Assembly: GCA_963718665.1 (NCBI GenBank)
Contig: OY970359.1
Coordinates: forward strand, 2,368,001 to 2,432,000
Origin: an uncultured Phycisphaerales bacterium
GTDB lineage: Bacteria; Planctomycetota; Phycisphaerae; Sedimentisphaerales; Anaerobacaceae
Length of the DNA stretch: 64,000 bases
Direction of reading: 5' to 3'
Position numbers and translations under genes: made by a program. Below, piece by piece: positions 40,578-51,605 of the stretch; the stretch's first letter is position 1; each line of letters opens with the position of its first letter. Below the pieces are notes generated by a model that was not told the origin of the DNA, ran no database searches, and saw only the letters and a program-made list of their open reading frames with translations.

Positions 40578-42560
40578 GTGCTTACCAACAACCGTATCAA
40601 AGCTGTAATACTCGCTGGAGTTCGTGACTTTGGGCGCTGCCCCATAGCATCACGTTTGCCTGCACCGCTGTGGCCGGTGGCAGGAGAGTTTACCTTGAAA
40701 CGTCTGCTTCTGCACTTAGCCAGTCAGGGGATAAAGCACATAACAATCTGTTCGAACGGTGACAGTTCGTTGCTAAAGAAAGCAATTGATATTGAAAACA
40801 TCCGGACGTTAGATGTGTGTTTTTGGGAGGAACCGCTGCCGGTCGGCACCGCGGGATCCATTCGCGACGCCGTGAATGGTAAGACAGACGAATTGGTCCT
40901 GGTATTTTCCGCCAATATGATGCGTCCCCCCGATATTAGTTTGTTGATAGCCGCTCACCACGAACAGGGGGCCGACTTAACCGTGGCGTTCAATCCAGCG
41001 TCGGAAAATGACAATATAAGGGGTGAGGCAGCTGGCATCTATGTCTGCAATTCATCTGTGTTGGAACACATTCCAGCAGTAGGTTATTACGACATAAAAG
41101 AAAGTTTGATTCCGGAACTGCTTCGAGCTGGTAAACATGTGCATTATTCTGTGCTGCCACACAGTGCTGGCAATTTCCGCGATTGGCGAGGGTATTTGGA
41201 TGCCATCAGCAACTACCTCGAAAACATGGCAGAAACAGATATCGATTTGAAAATATGTGAGAAGAATAGCAGGCACGTTATCTGGAAGGGTCATGGGGCA
41301 ATTGTTGAGTCAGGAGTGCGGTTTTGCGGCCGGGTTGTTATTCTCGATGGCGCTCGCATCGAAACAGGTGTTGTGATATTTGGTCCGACTATTCTCGGGC
41401 GCAACGTCAGTATCGGCGAAGACAGTGTTGTTGCCGGCAGTGTTATTTGGGATAATTCGCAGATAGGTAAGAACTGTGAAATCCAACGATGCCTCGTCGA
41501 TTACAATGTGGTCGTGCCGGACAATAACGTGGCAGGGGGCAACTGCATACCATCTGAACCGAAGGGAAGCTTGAAAAGGTCGATTACCAGGGCGTCGAAG
41601 CCGGAGAAACAAGGAGTTGGCGGATTGCGGCGGCAACCGCAACAGGCGTTTGGCAATCTGAACGAAAAACAACCGAATCGAAGGCAACGACAAGAACGAA
41701 GCATTCTGCCGTGGTTGGCGAGTGGGTTTGTATTCCTTGCTTTCTTGTGGTCTTACTGGCCTGGGATTATGGACCTGTGGAATACCTGGCAGAGGAGTGA
41801 TGAGTATTCCTCCGGCCTTTTGGTTCCTTTTCTTGCTGTTTACATCTTGTGGTCGAGGCGCCGGCAGATAATCGGAGTTCAGATACAGCCATCCTTGTGG
41901 GGCCTGCTGGCGTTTGTGGTAGTTCAGGCGGTGAGATTCTTCGGTCTATTCTTTATGTACGGTTCCGCGGAGAGATTATCGATTGTTTTAAGCATTGCTG
42001 CGCTGGTGTTGCTCTTGTTTGGGTGGGAGTTTTTCCGCAAAGTGTCTCCAATAGTGCTGTTTCTGCTCTTGATGTTGCCTTGGCCCAATCGGGTTCAGGC
42101 CGCTCTCGCGTTGCCTCTGCAGCGATGGGCTACATCATCTGCGGTGTTCTGTCTGGAGGTGATGGGTTACGATGTTGCGCACGAAGGCAATATCATTCAT
42201 ATCGGTAATGTCACCGTCGCAGTGGCGGAAGCGTGTAACGGGTTAAGGATGGTCACGGCATTTTTTGTAATTAGTGGCCTTGTGGTATTGCTGGTCGAAC
42301 GGGCGTGGTGGGAAAAGCTGATAGTCTTTGTTTCCAGCTTGCCCATCGCTCTGCTCTGCAACACTGTGCGACTGGCAATTACCGCGATTGCTTTCACAGT
42401 ACTTAAAGGTGAATACTGGGAGAAGATGTTTCATGACTTTGGTGGATATGCGATGATGCCGCTGGCCCTTGCGATAGTAGTTGGTGAACTTTGGTTTTTG
42501 GTAAAACTAACGACAGCCCCAAAGCAGAATAGAATAGTGGTAACCAAGGGTGCCCAATGA
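40578..42560 (+). CDS. Exosortase fused to an N-terminal degenerate nucleotidyltransferase + LbH module
   Basis: N-term KAVILAG, EPLPVGTAGSI, hexapeptide repeats; C-term TMs with VAEACNGLR, N.VR and HD (Cys/Arg/His triad). Confidence 0.9.
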   Translation: MLTNNRIKAVILAGVRDFGRCPIASRLPAPLWPVAGEFTLKRLLLHLASQGIKHITICSNGDSSLLKKAIDIENIRTLDVCFWEEPLPVGTAGSIRDAVNGKTDELVLVFSANMMRPPDISLLIAAHHEQGADLTVAFNPASENDNIRGEAAGIYVCNSSVLEHIPAVGYYDIKESLIPELLRAGKHVHYSVLPHSAGNFRDWRGYLDAISNYLENMAETDIDLKICEKNSRHVIWKGHGAIVESGVRFCGRVVILDGARIETGVVIFGPTILGRNVSIGEDSVVAGSVIWDNSQIGKNCEIQRCLVDYNVVVPDNNVAGGNCIPSEPKGSLKRSITRASKPEKQGVGGLRRQPQQAFGNLNEKQPNRRQRQERSILPWLASGFVFLAFLWSYWPGIMDLWNTWQRSDEYSSGLLVPFLAVYILWSRRRQIIGVQIQPSLWGLLAFVVVQAVRFFGLFFMYGSAERLSIVLSIAALVLLLFGWEFFRKVSPIVLFLLLMLPWPNRVQAALALPLQRWATSSAVFCLEVMGYDVAHEGNIIHIGNVTVAVAEACNGLRMVTAFFVISGLVVLLVERAWWEKLIVFVSSLPIALLCNTVRLAITAIAFTVLKGEYWEKMFHDFGGYAMMPLALAIVVGELWFLVKLTTAPKQNRIVVTKGAQ

Positions 42561-42601
42561 CCGGTTGGCACAACAAATTGTGCCGGAAGGAGAGTTGATA
42601 A

Positions 42602-44908
42602 ATGAATACCATAGAAAAATATGAGGGCGCTTCGATTGAACGCAGCCCAATCGATTTTGAAATGCCCCCCATGCCTGAAAGTGCCTCGACAGCCAGCTTG
42701 ATTGCTGCTGTTCTTCGCCAGTGGTACATTGCAGTGCTTGTATTTCTTGTAATGTGCGCAATCGGAATCCCTGCAATATGGTTGTTTTTAGAACCGCGGT
42801 ATGATGTGACCGGCGCAATAAGAGTTGCCCCTATTTTGTCGAATATCCTGACTGGAGAGGCCGATAAGGGAGAAATATCAAACTACCAAAGCTTTATGAA
42901 CACTCAGGCAGATATGGTTATTAGCCCTCAGGTAATCCAGAGAGTGGCGGATGATTTGACGGGCAAGCATCTGACGTTCTTTGAAGACCGAATAACTGGC
43001 ATTGGTGCAAAATTGAGACGCAAGATGGACATAGGCAAGGTAAAGCTTGATGCGGCGAACATATTAAAACAGGCGATGTACGACGGGATAATTACATCTA
43101 TGGCGGCTCGTAATAGCGAACTGGTGAAAGTTACGATGACGAGCAACAACCCGGAAGAAGCAAAGAAGATTGTTGATGCTTTCATTCAGGCCTATATGCT
43201 TGTCGAGGTCTCCAACTCTCTGCAGGGGCGGGATCAGCAACTGACGGTTCTTGAGAATGAGCAGAAGGTTTTGGCCGAGAAACTCGAAAGTCAGCGAGAA
43301 GCGATTCGGCAGCTTGGGCAGGAATATGGAAGTGTTACACTGACCGGCCGGCAGGATATGATGTTGGCGCGAGTGTCGAACTTGCTGGCTGAACAGACAA
43401 AAGTGGAAGCAAAAAGAATGGGGCTTGAAACACAGATTAAACTGCTCGAGGAGAAAAAGCCAAGTTTATCGCCGGACGAATTGATGAAGATGAGTGAGGA
43501 ATACCTAAACTCGGACATTGCCGTGAAGGAACTGACTAAGCAATTGGCGCAGCTGGAACAAGACGCGATTCTTTCCAGCCAGACGATGGTGCCGGGTAAT
43601 CCTATGTTGCAGCAGAAAAAGGATTTCGTAAAGACGTTTCAGACGCGACTCGACGAGAAGCGGGAAGAAGTGAGTAAGAAGTTCGATGAGCGGATGTCCA
43701 AGCAGGTGGATAAAGCCAGCGCTGACGGGTTGGCTAATGCCCGGCTGGATCTTGAGCAGACGGTTGTGTATGAGAATCGACTTCGGGAAATGCTCGCAAA
43801 TGAAGATGCTAAGACAGTGGAAGTGGGACGAAAGCAGTTGGCTATCGAGGAGATTAAAGAACAACTGGCTTCAACGAAGGAGATATACGACACTATTGGG
43901 CGGCGAATACAAGAGCTGGAAATGGAACGAAAACGTCCTGCACGGGTCTCAGTTGCCTATAACGCGGATATCGCGAGCATTCAGGATAAACGAGTCAAGC
44001 TTACTCTGGCGATTATATTTGGCGCGCTGGCCTGCGGACTGTTTGGAGCCATAGTAAGGGACAAGGCAGACCTTAGCTTGCACACTCCCGACGATGATGT
44101 GGTCAGACGCATTGGAATTCGGATAATCGGGACCACCACACGTCCTCGAACAGTTGAGCAAGCTCTTTGGTCAAGACAGGTGGCCGAGGACTATCAAACA
44201 ATTCGCGCCAACCTGGGATTACTTGACGATGGAGGGATGCCTAAGAAACTGGTTATTACCAGCCCTGGTCCGCGAGACGGCAAGACCACTTTTGCTGTTA
44301 ACCTTGCCACAAGTCTATCAAGGTCGGGTAAGAAAGTTCTTCTGATAGATGGCGACTTGAGAAAACCTGATATTGGGCGGCTGTTGAATATCCCGAGAGA
44401 ATCAAGATGTCTGCAGGATGTGCTTTTAGGAAACAAACTTGAGAAAGCTGCGTGTGCTGTGTCTTCAAACGGGTTGTATGTGCTTGCAGCGGATTCCCAA
44501 AGTTCTATTGACCCTTACGAGTTGTTGGCTTCGCCACGGATGGCGGAGCAGGTAAACAATATCAGCGAGGAGTACGACCACGTCATCATTGATACCCCGC
44601 CGGTGCTGGCATTTCCTGATGCCCTTTTGTGGGCCAAGGCGGCAGGCGCCGTCATACTGACCGGTTTTGCCGACCAGACGACCTCGCCGGACCTCAAAGA
44701 AACAAAGGAGAGGCTCGATGAGATAGGCGTGAGAATATTGGGGACTGTTCTCAGCAACGTTCCAGTCGGTCGTAGTTATTACCGTTATGGATATGGCTAT
44801 TACGCACAGGGCGGGCATACAAAACGAAACGGCAGAAATGCTGCCAAACGACCTTTGTTGTTACCGACAGATAACCCTGATGAGAAACCTAACGATTTGG
44901 TTTCGTGA
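42602..44908 (+). CDS. wzc: Wzc-type polysaccharide co-polymerase/tyrosine autokinase
   Basis: Two TMs flanking coiled coil; SPGPRDGKT, LLIDGDLRKP, IIDTPP, YYRYGYGYY. Confidence 0.92.
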   Translation: MNTIEKYEGASIERSPIDFEMPPMPESASTASLIAAVLRQWYIAVLVFLVMCAIGIPAIWLFLEPRYDVTGAIRVAPILSNILTGEADKGEISNYQSFMNTQADMVISPQVIQRVADDLTGKHLTFFEDRITGIGAKLRRKMDIGKVKLDAANILKQAMYDGIITSMAARNSELVKVTMTSNNPEEAKKIVDAFIQAYMLVEVSNSLQGRDQQLTVLENEQKVLAEKLESQREAIRQLGQEYGSVTLTGRQDMMLARVSNLLAEQTKVEAKRMGLETQIKLLEEKKPSLSPDELMKMSEEYLNSDIAVKELTKQLAQLEQDAILSSQTMVPGNPMLQQKKDFVKTFQTRLDEKREEVSKKFDERMSKQVDKASADGLANARLDLEQTVVYENRLREMLANEDAKTVEVGRKQLAIEEIKEQLASTKEIYDTIGRRIQELEMERKRPARVSVAYNADIASIQDKRVKLTLAIIFGALACGLFGAIVRDKADLSLHTPDDDVVRRIGIRIIGTTTRPRTVEQALWSRQVAEDYQTIRANLGLLDDGGMPKKLVITSPGPRDGKTTFAVNLATSLSRSGKKVLLIDGDLRKPDIGRLLNIPRESRCLQDVLLGNKLEKAACAVSSNGLYVLAADSQSSIDPYELLASPRMAEQVNNISEEYDHVIIDTPPVLAFPDALLWAKAAGAVILTGFADQTTSPDLKETKERLDEIGVRILGTVLSNVPVGRSYYRYGYGYYAQGGHTKRNGRNAAKRPLLLPTDNPDEKPNDLVS

Positions 44909-44936
44909 CGTCTGACCGTCCTGTAGGTAATCAATT

Positions 44937-46628
44937 ATGGGAATCATAAGAAATCTGATTGTTCTACGCGATACAAGCAAACAGCAGGCAAAAGATAGCA
45001 GCGACCTGCTCCGGCTTATGGTGTGCAACGAACCGTTTGGGAGTTTTGTTCTTGACTGCCTCAATGATACTGCCGGCTTTTGCAAGACGGGGAGGACGAT
45101 AGCAATTCCACAGGAGTGGGCTGTTCCGGATATAAAAAGCAGGCCAGGTATAGTTTACTACACAGAAACCGTGCCCATTTGTTCCAAACATATAGGACCT
45201 GTGCGAGAAAATTCTTGGGTTGTCGTTTACGACGGGAGATTTCTTACAGCGGTGGATAACCAGCAAATCCGTGAGATATTAGCTGACAGCCAAGCGGATG
45301 TGATAGCGATAAACATAGTCACTCAACTACGAACTTCATACGAGAAGGTTCTGACCACTTCACAAAATGAGCTTGTTGGGTTTCGGTTGTTCTATGAAGA
45401 TGCAGCCCAGCCATTTCCGGTCCCAGACGACTGGCCTCATCATCTCTTCTTGAGGGCTGGCGTGCTGAGCAGGCTCTTGATGGAAGGCGGTTTGCCTTTG
45501 GCTTTCGATAAGCTACTTGATCTGTGTTATTCAAAGTCGCTCGTGGTGCACAGCGCCAATGTCGGAGGCTCTGTGCTGGACCTGACTACAGAAAATGGTT
45601 TGCTGAAGTTAGTGCAAGGCAGGTTGGGTTCAATCGCAATGCTCTCTCATCACTGTGTGGACCATTCGCGAGGTAACAACAACGGGGATGATACCGCCGT
45701 AGCGGACAGTGCGAGGTTATTCGGCAAAATACTGCTCGGGAAAGGTATCAATATAGGTGAAAATGCAATCATAGTTGGTCCTACGATGGTTGGCAATGAT
45801 GTTAAGATTGGCAGGGATGCCGTTATAAGGGCATCTGTTATTGGCCCTGGTGTGTCAGTTCAGGCAGGCGAACTTATCGAGGAGAGGGTTCTCACGAACT
45901 TGCAGGCTGTTCCGAACAGGCCTGCGATAAAAACGCGCAGAGCTAACGCAGACCCAATGTGGAACGACGCTCAACATAATACAAGTCGGGGCAATTTCCG
46001 AGAATGGCCGAAATTTTCATATGCGAGGTTCATCAAAAGAGTTCTTGATATTCTTACAAGTGTAATTGTGCTGATTCTGTTTGCACCTGTTCTGCCAGTA
46101 ATCATGCTGGTCATAAAGCTGACCTCTCTCGGGCCGGTATTCTTCAAGGACACACGTCAGGGGCTGCATGGAAAGGTGTTTAAGTGTCTAAAGTTTAGGA
46201 CTATGCAGGTTGGCGCCGACCGAATGCAGGAGCGACTTCGGATTTTGAATCAGGCCGATGGGCCGCAGTTTATGATAACCGACGACCCGCGACTAAGTGC
46301 TGTCGGGAGATTTTTGCGCGAGACGTATATTGATGAGATACCACAGTTTGTCAACGTGCTGTTGGGACAAATGAGCGTGGTGGGTCCGAGACCGTCCCCC
46401 GAAAGTGAAAACCGCCTTTGTCCGTTCTGGCGGGACGCTAGGCTGTCGGTCAGGCCCGGCATCACCGGCCTTTGGCAGATGTGCAGGACCCGCCAGCCAA
46501 TGAAGGATTTCCAGGAATGGATACATTACGATATCAAGTATGTTAGAGATTTATCGTTGAAGTTGGATTTGTGGATATGCTGGCAAACTGCCAAAAAAAT
46601 GGTGGCGAAGTTCGTCAGCCAATTTTGA
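44937..46628 (+). CDS. Priming phosphoglycosyltransferase (Bac_transf) with N-terminal degenerate NTase-like/LbH module
   Basis: KRVLD, KFRTM, DDPR...GRFLR...DE.PQ..NVL.G.MS.VGPRP, PGITGLWQ; upstream IGENAIIVGPTMVGNDVKIG repeats. Confidence 0.9.
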   Translation: MGIIRNLIVLRDTSKQQAKDSSDLLRLMVCNEPFGSFVLDCLNDTAGFCKTGRTIAIPQEWAVPDIKSRPGIVYYTETVPICSKHIGPVRENSWVVVYDGRFLTAVDNQQIREILADSQADVIAINIVTQLRTSYEKVLTTSQNELVGFRLFYEDAAQPFPVPDDWPHHLFLRAGVLSRLLMEGGLPLAFDKLLDLCYSKSLVVHSANVGGSVLDLTTENGLLKLVQGRLGSIAMLSHHCVDHSRGNNNGDDTAVADSARLFGKILLGKGINIGENAIIVGPTMVGNDVKIGRDAVIRASVIGPGVSVQAGELIEERVLTNLQAVPNRPAIKTRRANADPMWNDAQHNTSRGNFREWPKFSYARFIKRVLDILTSVIVLILFAPVLPVIMLVIKLTSLGPVFFKDTRQGLHGKVFKCLKFRTMQVGADRMQERLRILNQADGPQFMITDDPRLSAVGRFLRETYIDEIPQFVNVLLGQMSVVGPRPSPESENRLCPFWRDARLSVRPGITGLWQMCRTRQPMKDFQEWIHYDIKYVRDLSLKLDLWICWQTAKKMVAKFVSQF

Positions 46629-46670
46629 GATCCGGACACACACTTAAAAGGGTAAAAAGGAGTAAGCGAG

Positions 46671-49600
46671 ATGGCAGGGAGATATTTTAACTGGAAATTG
46701 ATAATAGTCTTGTTGATAGGACTTGTTGTTCTGGGCTCTACTGCTTTGGGTTTACGTAAATGGCAGAAAAGCAGAAGGGCCGAACAGGGGCTTGTGCTCG
46801 GGAACAAAGCGTATGATGAGCACAGGTGGGAAGAGGCAGCAAATCAACTTGGCCGTTATCTCGGTGTTATGCAGGATGATGTGCCGACGCTGCTCAAGTA
46901 TGCCGAGGCGCAGTTAAATATCAGACCTTTGAAACAAGACAACATTCAGCAGGCCATAGCAGCTTACCGGAACGTTTTGCGACTGGACCAAAGCAACATC
47001 AAGGCTGCGAAGCCCCTAAGTGAAATGTATTTAAGTATGGGGATGCCCGGAGAAGCCGAACTGGTTGTTACTCGGGCACTGCAAGCGGGCGAATCGATAG
47101 AACTGCGAAAAGTCCTGGCAATCGCTCTGGCAAACCAGCGCAAATTTACAGAAGCGGCAAAGGAGCTCAAAAGCATCATCGAGAAAAATCCCGAGCAGGC
47201 ATCGGTCTATGAGGTATTGGGTCGGCTGGTTGAGCAGCGTCCCGAAGAATTCACCGAAGACCCTAACTTTTGGTTTGACCAGGCAGTAAAAACAAACCCC
47301 TTTTCCGCAGAGGCCTATATTGCTCGCGGGGCATACTTCTTAAGGCATGGAAACAAGAATGGGGCGATGGCCGATTTGGAACAGGCAGAACAAAAGGATT
47401 TGTCCGATCCAACTACACGGCTTCGGCTTGCGGAGGGGTTGATTAATGCGGATGCTGCGGACCGCGCCAAAAAACAACTCGAGATTATTCATGCTTTGGA
47501 GCCAAACAATCAGCTTCTGTGGCAGCTATGGGCGCAGCTTGCACTTAAATCGGACTTAAATGATATGATGTTGAAAGTTGCGGACACCGGATTGAAAGAG
47601 CTTTCGTCTCAACCTTGGGATTTTATGCCCGATGCCGCAGAGTTGTTCATCAGATGTGGTCAGCTTGAACGTGCCGGAGAGTGTATCTCTATGATGCGCC
47701 AAAAGGACGTTGCTCCTGCGATGACGGCTTTTTTGGGGGGGCTTTTGGCTGAAAGCCAGGGACGCGGTTATGAAGCTGTCAAGTATTGGCGTCAAGCGAT
47801 TCAGTTGGGGGCTAAGTCCGCGAGGGTGCGAATCGCACTGGCTAACGCGCTATGGCGGCTTGGTGACAGGCAGTCAGGTATCAATCAGTTACGTACCCTC
47901 GTTTCGGAACAACCGAATCTTTTTAGCGGACGTATGGCTCTTGCACGGATGCTGGCGGAGACCGGTCGATGGGCTGATGTGGCGGAGCAAACTCGTATGG
48001 CAAGGCAAATCGCCCCGCATAGCGGCGATGCGGTCTTACTGGATATCCAGGCGAGGATACAAGTGCTCGCAGACAGCAAGACAGATAAGGAGTCATCGTC
48101 GTATCGTGATATAGAGGCGACACTTGATAACCTTGATAAAGCCACTAATGGCGCCATCGAAGTCAAACTTTTGCAGTTTCGGCTTGCTCTTCAGCGGGAC
48201 AAACTGCCTGAGGCCGAGAAACTAATAGCCGACTTGGAGAAGGCACATCCGGCTGAATTGAAGGTTACTTTGGCCGAGGCAGACTTGCTCGTTGCACAGA
48301 ACAAAATCGATGACGCAATCGCAAAACTACGCGAGGCAATCGGCACATCCCCGCAGTCCACGGCGGTTATGAGGTATCTTGTTGTTTTGCTGGCAGCAAA
48401 GGGGGACCATCAGGAATGTGAAACGCTGATTAAGTACGCCCTCGCATCCGGGGTACAACCTCCCGCGAAAATAGAGATGTGTTTGTTGCTGAGTGACGTT
48501 TATAGTCGCTGGAACGAGAGCGGCAAACGTTATTCGCTGCTCAACTCGCTTGCCGAGGAGCTGCAGGACGACATTATCGTCCAGCGGGAGCTGTTGACGT
48601 GTGAGGAGGTATTAAAAGACAGCAGCCGTGCACAGCATGTCGTTGACAGGATTAAGAGTATCGAGGGCGATGACGGCTGGCAGTGGCGATATGAACAGGC
48701 GAAGATTTGGTTCGCTCAGGAAGATTTCAAGAGTCGATACCCTCAAATCGTGTCGCTTCTTCAGGGAAATCTTCTGGCCAATCCCGATGACCAGGCCAGC
48801 CGAGTGTTGTTGGCGGCGGCATACGAAAAAGGGGATGACCAGCGTCTTGCGATTTCGACTTATACTGAGGCGATTAACCGATCACCAAAAGACATTCGGA
48901 TAATAGTGCCCGCGGTTGCCGCTCTTTATAGGGCTGGCGAATATGCCCGGGCGGAGGAAATTCTCAAGCAGGCGGCCGAAGAGAAGCTTTACCATCCCGA
49001 ACTGGAACGGCTGGAGATCCAGGGTGCCCTTGGACGCGGTGACCTTGGCTCTGCGAATGATGTTCTGGAGAAAATGCTGGACAGAGACCCGAACAACCAC
49101 TCGGTGTGCTTGTCTCTTGCCCTGCTGAAAATTCGGCAGGATCAATTAACGGAAGCGGATAAGTTGGTGGGGAAGTTGAGGACCGAAGAGCCGAATTCTT
49201 TGCCGATTGCTGCGGCACAAGTTGAGCTGGATATTCGCAGGGGCAAGTCCGACGACGCCTTACACATCTGTGATAAAATGGTGAATAAATTGCATACTGC
49301 TTCTGCCTGTTTGCTTCGCGGGAGGACATACGCTGCTCTGAAGCAGGCCGACAAGGCAAGAGAAGATTTTGAACGTGCAGTAACTATGGAACCCAACAAT
49401 GCGGATGCATGGGTTGCCAAGAGTATTTTTCATCATTCACTTGGAGAATCTGACAAGGCAATTTCCGATATTAGCCACGCATTATCTGTTATACCAGATG
49501 ACCTGCAAATCCAGAAAACCGCAGTGTCCCTTTATCTGGCATCGGACAATAATGCTTTACGTCAGGAAGGAGAGTCGATTCTTCAAAAAGCGATGGACTC

Positions 49601-50842
49601 GCATCCTGAAGATGCCGAACTTCGCCTCCAGAAAGCGCAGCTGCTGCTTGCCAAAGGGACAGCTCCAGAAATCGAGGAGGCAACAGGTATCCTTCAGGCC
49701 ATAACCGAAAAGCAGCCGGATGTTGGAGATGCTTGGGTGCTTCTGGCACAGATTGCTTTGCAGGACGGCAAACCAGCAAAGGCGATTGACATTGCTTTGC
49801 GTGGTCTTGTCCACAGGCCTAATGACAGAACCCTGCTGTTGTTGAAGGCGAGGGGGGAGGCGGCAAGGTCTCCGGCTCTGGCGTTGCCGACTATGAGGGC
49901 TTTGTGGGAACTCGACCCGAACAACGCAGACGCGACGGTTTCTCTGGCTGAAACATACGTGGCCGCGGGCGAGTATGAGGAGGCAGTAGATTTTCTCAGA
50001 AAACAACCGGCTTCTACAGATGCTTTGCAACAACGCAGGATTAAGTTGGCTCTTGCCATGGCGATGTACAAGAATGGCGATAAGACCGAGTCAGAGGAAA
50101 TACTCCGAGTGTTGTACGAGTCAGAACCGAACGACCCCAGTCCGTTGTTGGCACAAATCAGACTGCTGCGGGACGACAAACTGTGGGGCCAGTTGCGAGA
50201 GAAGGTTACCGCCTGGTGTGAAGAGCATTTCAATGAGACAAGAACAACTGTCTTTATCGCTGATGAGCTCGCGGGAGTCAAAGACGGCGAAAGTAAACAG
50301 ATAGCCGAGGAATTATTGCGATGCGTTCTGAAGCGAGATGCGAATTCTGCTGTGGTAATGACGCGACTTGGTATGTTGCTGCAGACGGCCGGGCATCGGC
50401 AGAAGCGGCAAAACTGTATGAGCGGGTTCTTGAACTGCAGCCCGATAATCCGATCGTCATTAATAATCTTGCGTGGATTCTTTGTGAGGAGCAGGGGCGT
50501 CCTAATGAGGCGATAGAGCTTGCTGAACGTGGCCTGGCGAAGGCGCCTGACTACGTTGATTTGATTGACACTCGTGGTATGGCGTACTATCGGCTGAAGC
50601 AGTACGACAAAGCGGCGCAGGATTTCAAGAAGTGCGTCCGCTTATATCCCAGCCGGGCGTTGGCCATAGTCACTTCGTATTTTCATTTGGGAAGGTGTCT
50701 GGCAGACCTTGGAGAAAAAGCTCAGGCAATTGAGCAATTGAACAAGGCCCTTGAGTTAAACAAAGAACTTGGCGGCCTGGGCAGCGCTGATATCGCCGAG
50801 GCACAGCGATTGCTGGTACAATTATCAGGTGGAGGAAATTAA
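46671..50842 (+). CDS. Large membrane-anchored TPR protein (PrsT-like), frameshifted near 50393
   Basis: TPR repeats throughout; frame 46671 loses TPR character after LLQTAG and frame 50321 resumes SAEAAKLYERVLELQPDN..NNLAW. Confidence 0.8.
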
Positions 50843-50843
50843 T

Positions 50844-51257
50844 ATGTTGGAATCATCACAACCAGGAAGAAAAGTCAGCGGCACTGATAACGGGGCGGAC
50901 GAGTCACTGTATAAGCGGCCTGATGTGAGTTTGCTTGATGATGGACAGTGGCTCTATGTGCAGCACCGCTATCGCTTAAGCCCGCGCGAGCTACAGGTGG
51001 CTAAACACGTATGCCAGGGGTTTGCCAACGAAGAGGTAGCAGCGTGCCTGAGGATAAGGGCCGGCACCGTGAAAACACACTTGCGCAACATTTACCGGAG
51101 AGTTCACGTCACCAACAAAATAGGGATGTTGCTGACCTTTGTTGAACAGGTAGCCAGTTCCTGTAGTAAACCCGGGACCGTCGGCTGCGGAATGACTATT
51201 GTTAATATGATACAGCAGGCAAAACCGGCTACAGGGTCATCTGATGAGACACATTAA
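50844..51257 (+). CDS. Stand-alone LuxR-type HTH regulator
   Basis: LSPRELQV...G.ANEEVA..L.I..GTVKTHLRNIY; GGAGG RBS; no receiver domain. Confidence 0.88.
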   Translation: MLESSQPGRKVSGTDNGADESLYKRPDVSLLDDGQWLYVQHRYRLSPRELQVAKHVCQGFANEEVAACLRIRAGTVKTHLRNIYRRVHVTNKIGMLLTFVEQVASSCSKPGTVGCGMTIVNMIQQAKPATGSSDETH

Positions 51258-51489
51258 AGAACACAGGCAAACAGGATATCAATCCTGAACATATACCTGC
51301 CATAAGTTTCATTTCTTTTTTCTCGCCTCCGAATAAGGTATTCCCGCAATTTTGTCATAAAGAGCATTACCATTTTAGGGTTAACCCAAAAGAGTATATT
51401 TGCTCGTCTTTGAGCTAAAATCAAGAGGTGAAATATACCACCATTAGAGTTTTCCCGCAAGTATTTCTCAGAATTTTCGGACTTTTCTG

Positions 51490-51519
51490 TTGACTAAATG
51501 CTTACGATAGAGTTAAACT
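51490..51519 (+). promoter_or_regulatory. Possible sigma70 promoter for 51606 and the downstream sorted-protein genes
   Basis: TTGACT-18 nt-TAAACT. Confidence 0.4.
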
Positions 51520-51605
51520 TACCTATTGTAGCTTAGTGCGGGGAGGGATCCCCAGGTAGTATAACGCCTCAGTTCTTTAGTATGTGTTAGGTGGAGGTGT
51601 AAAGA

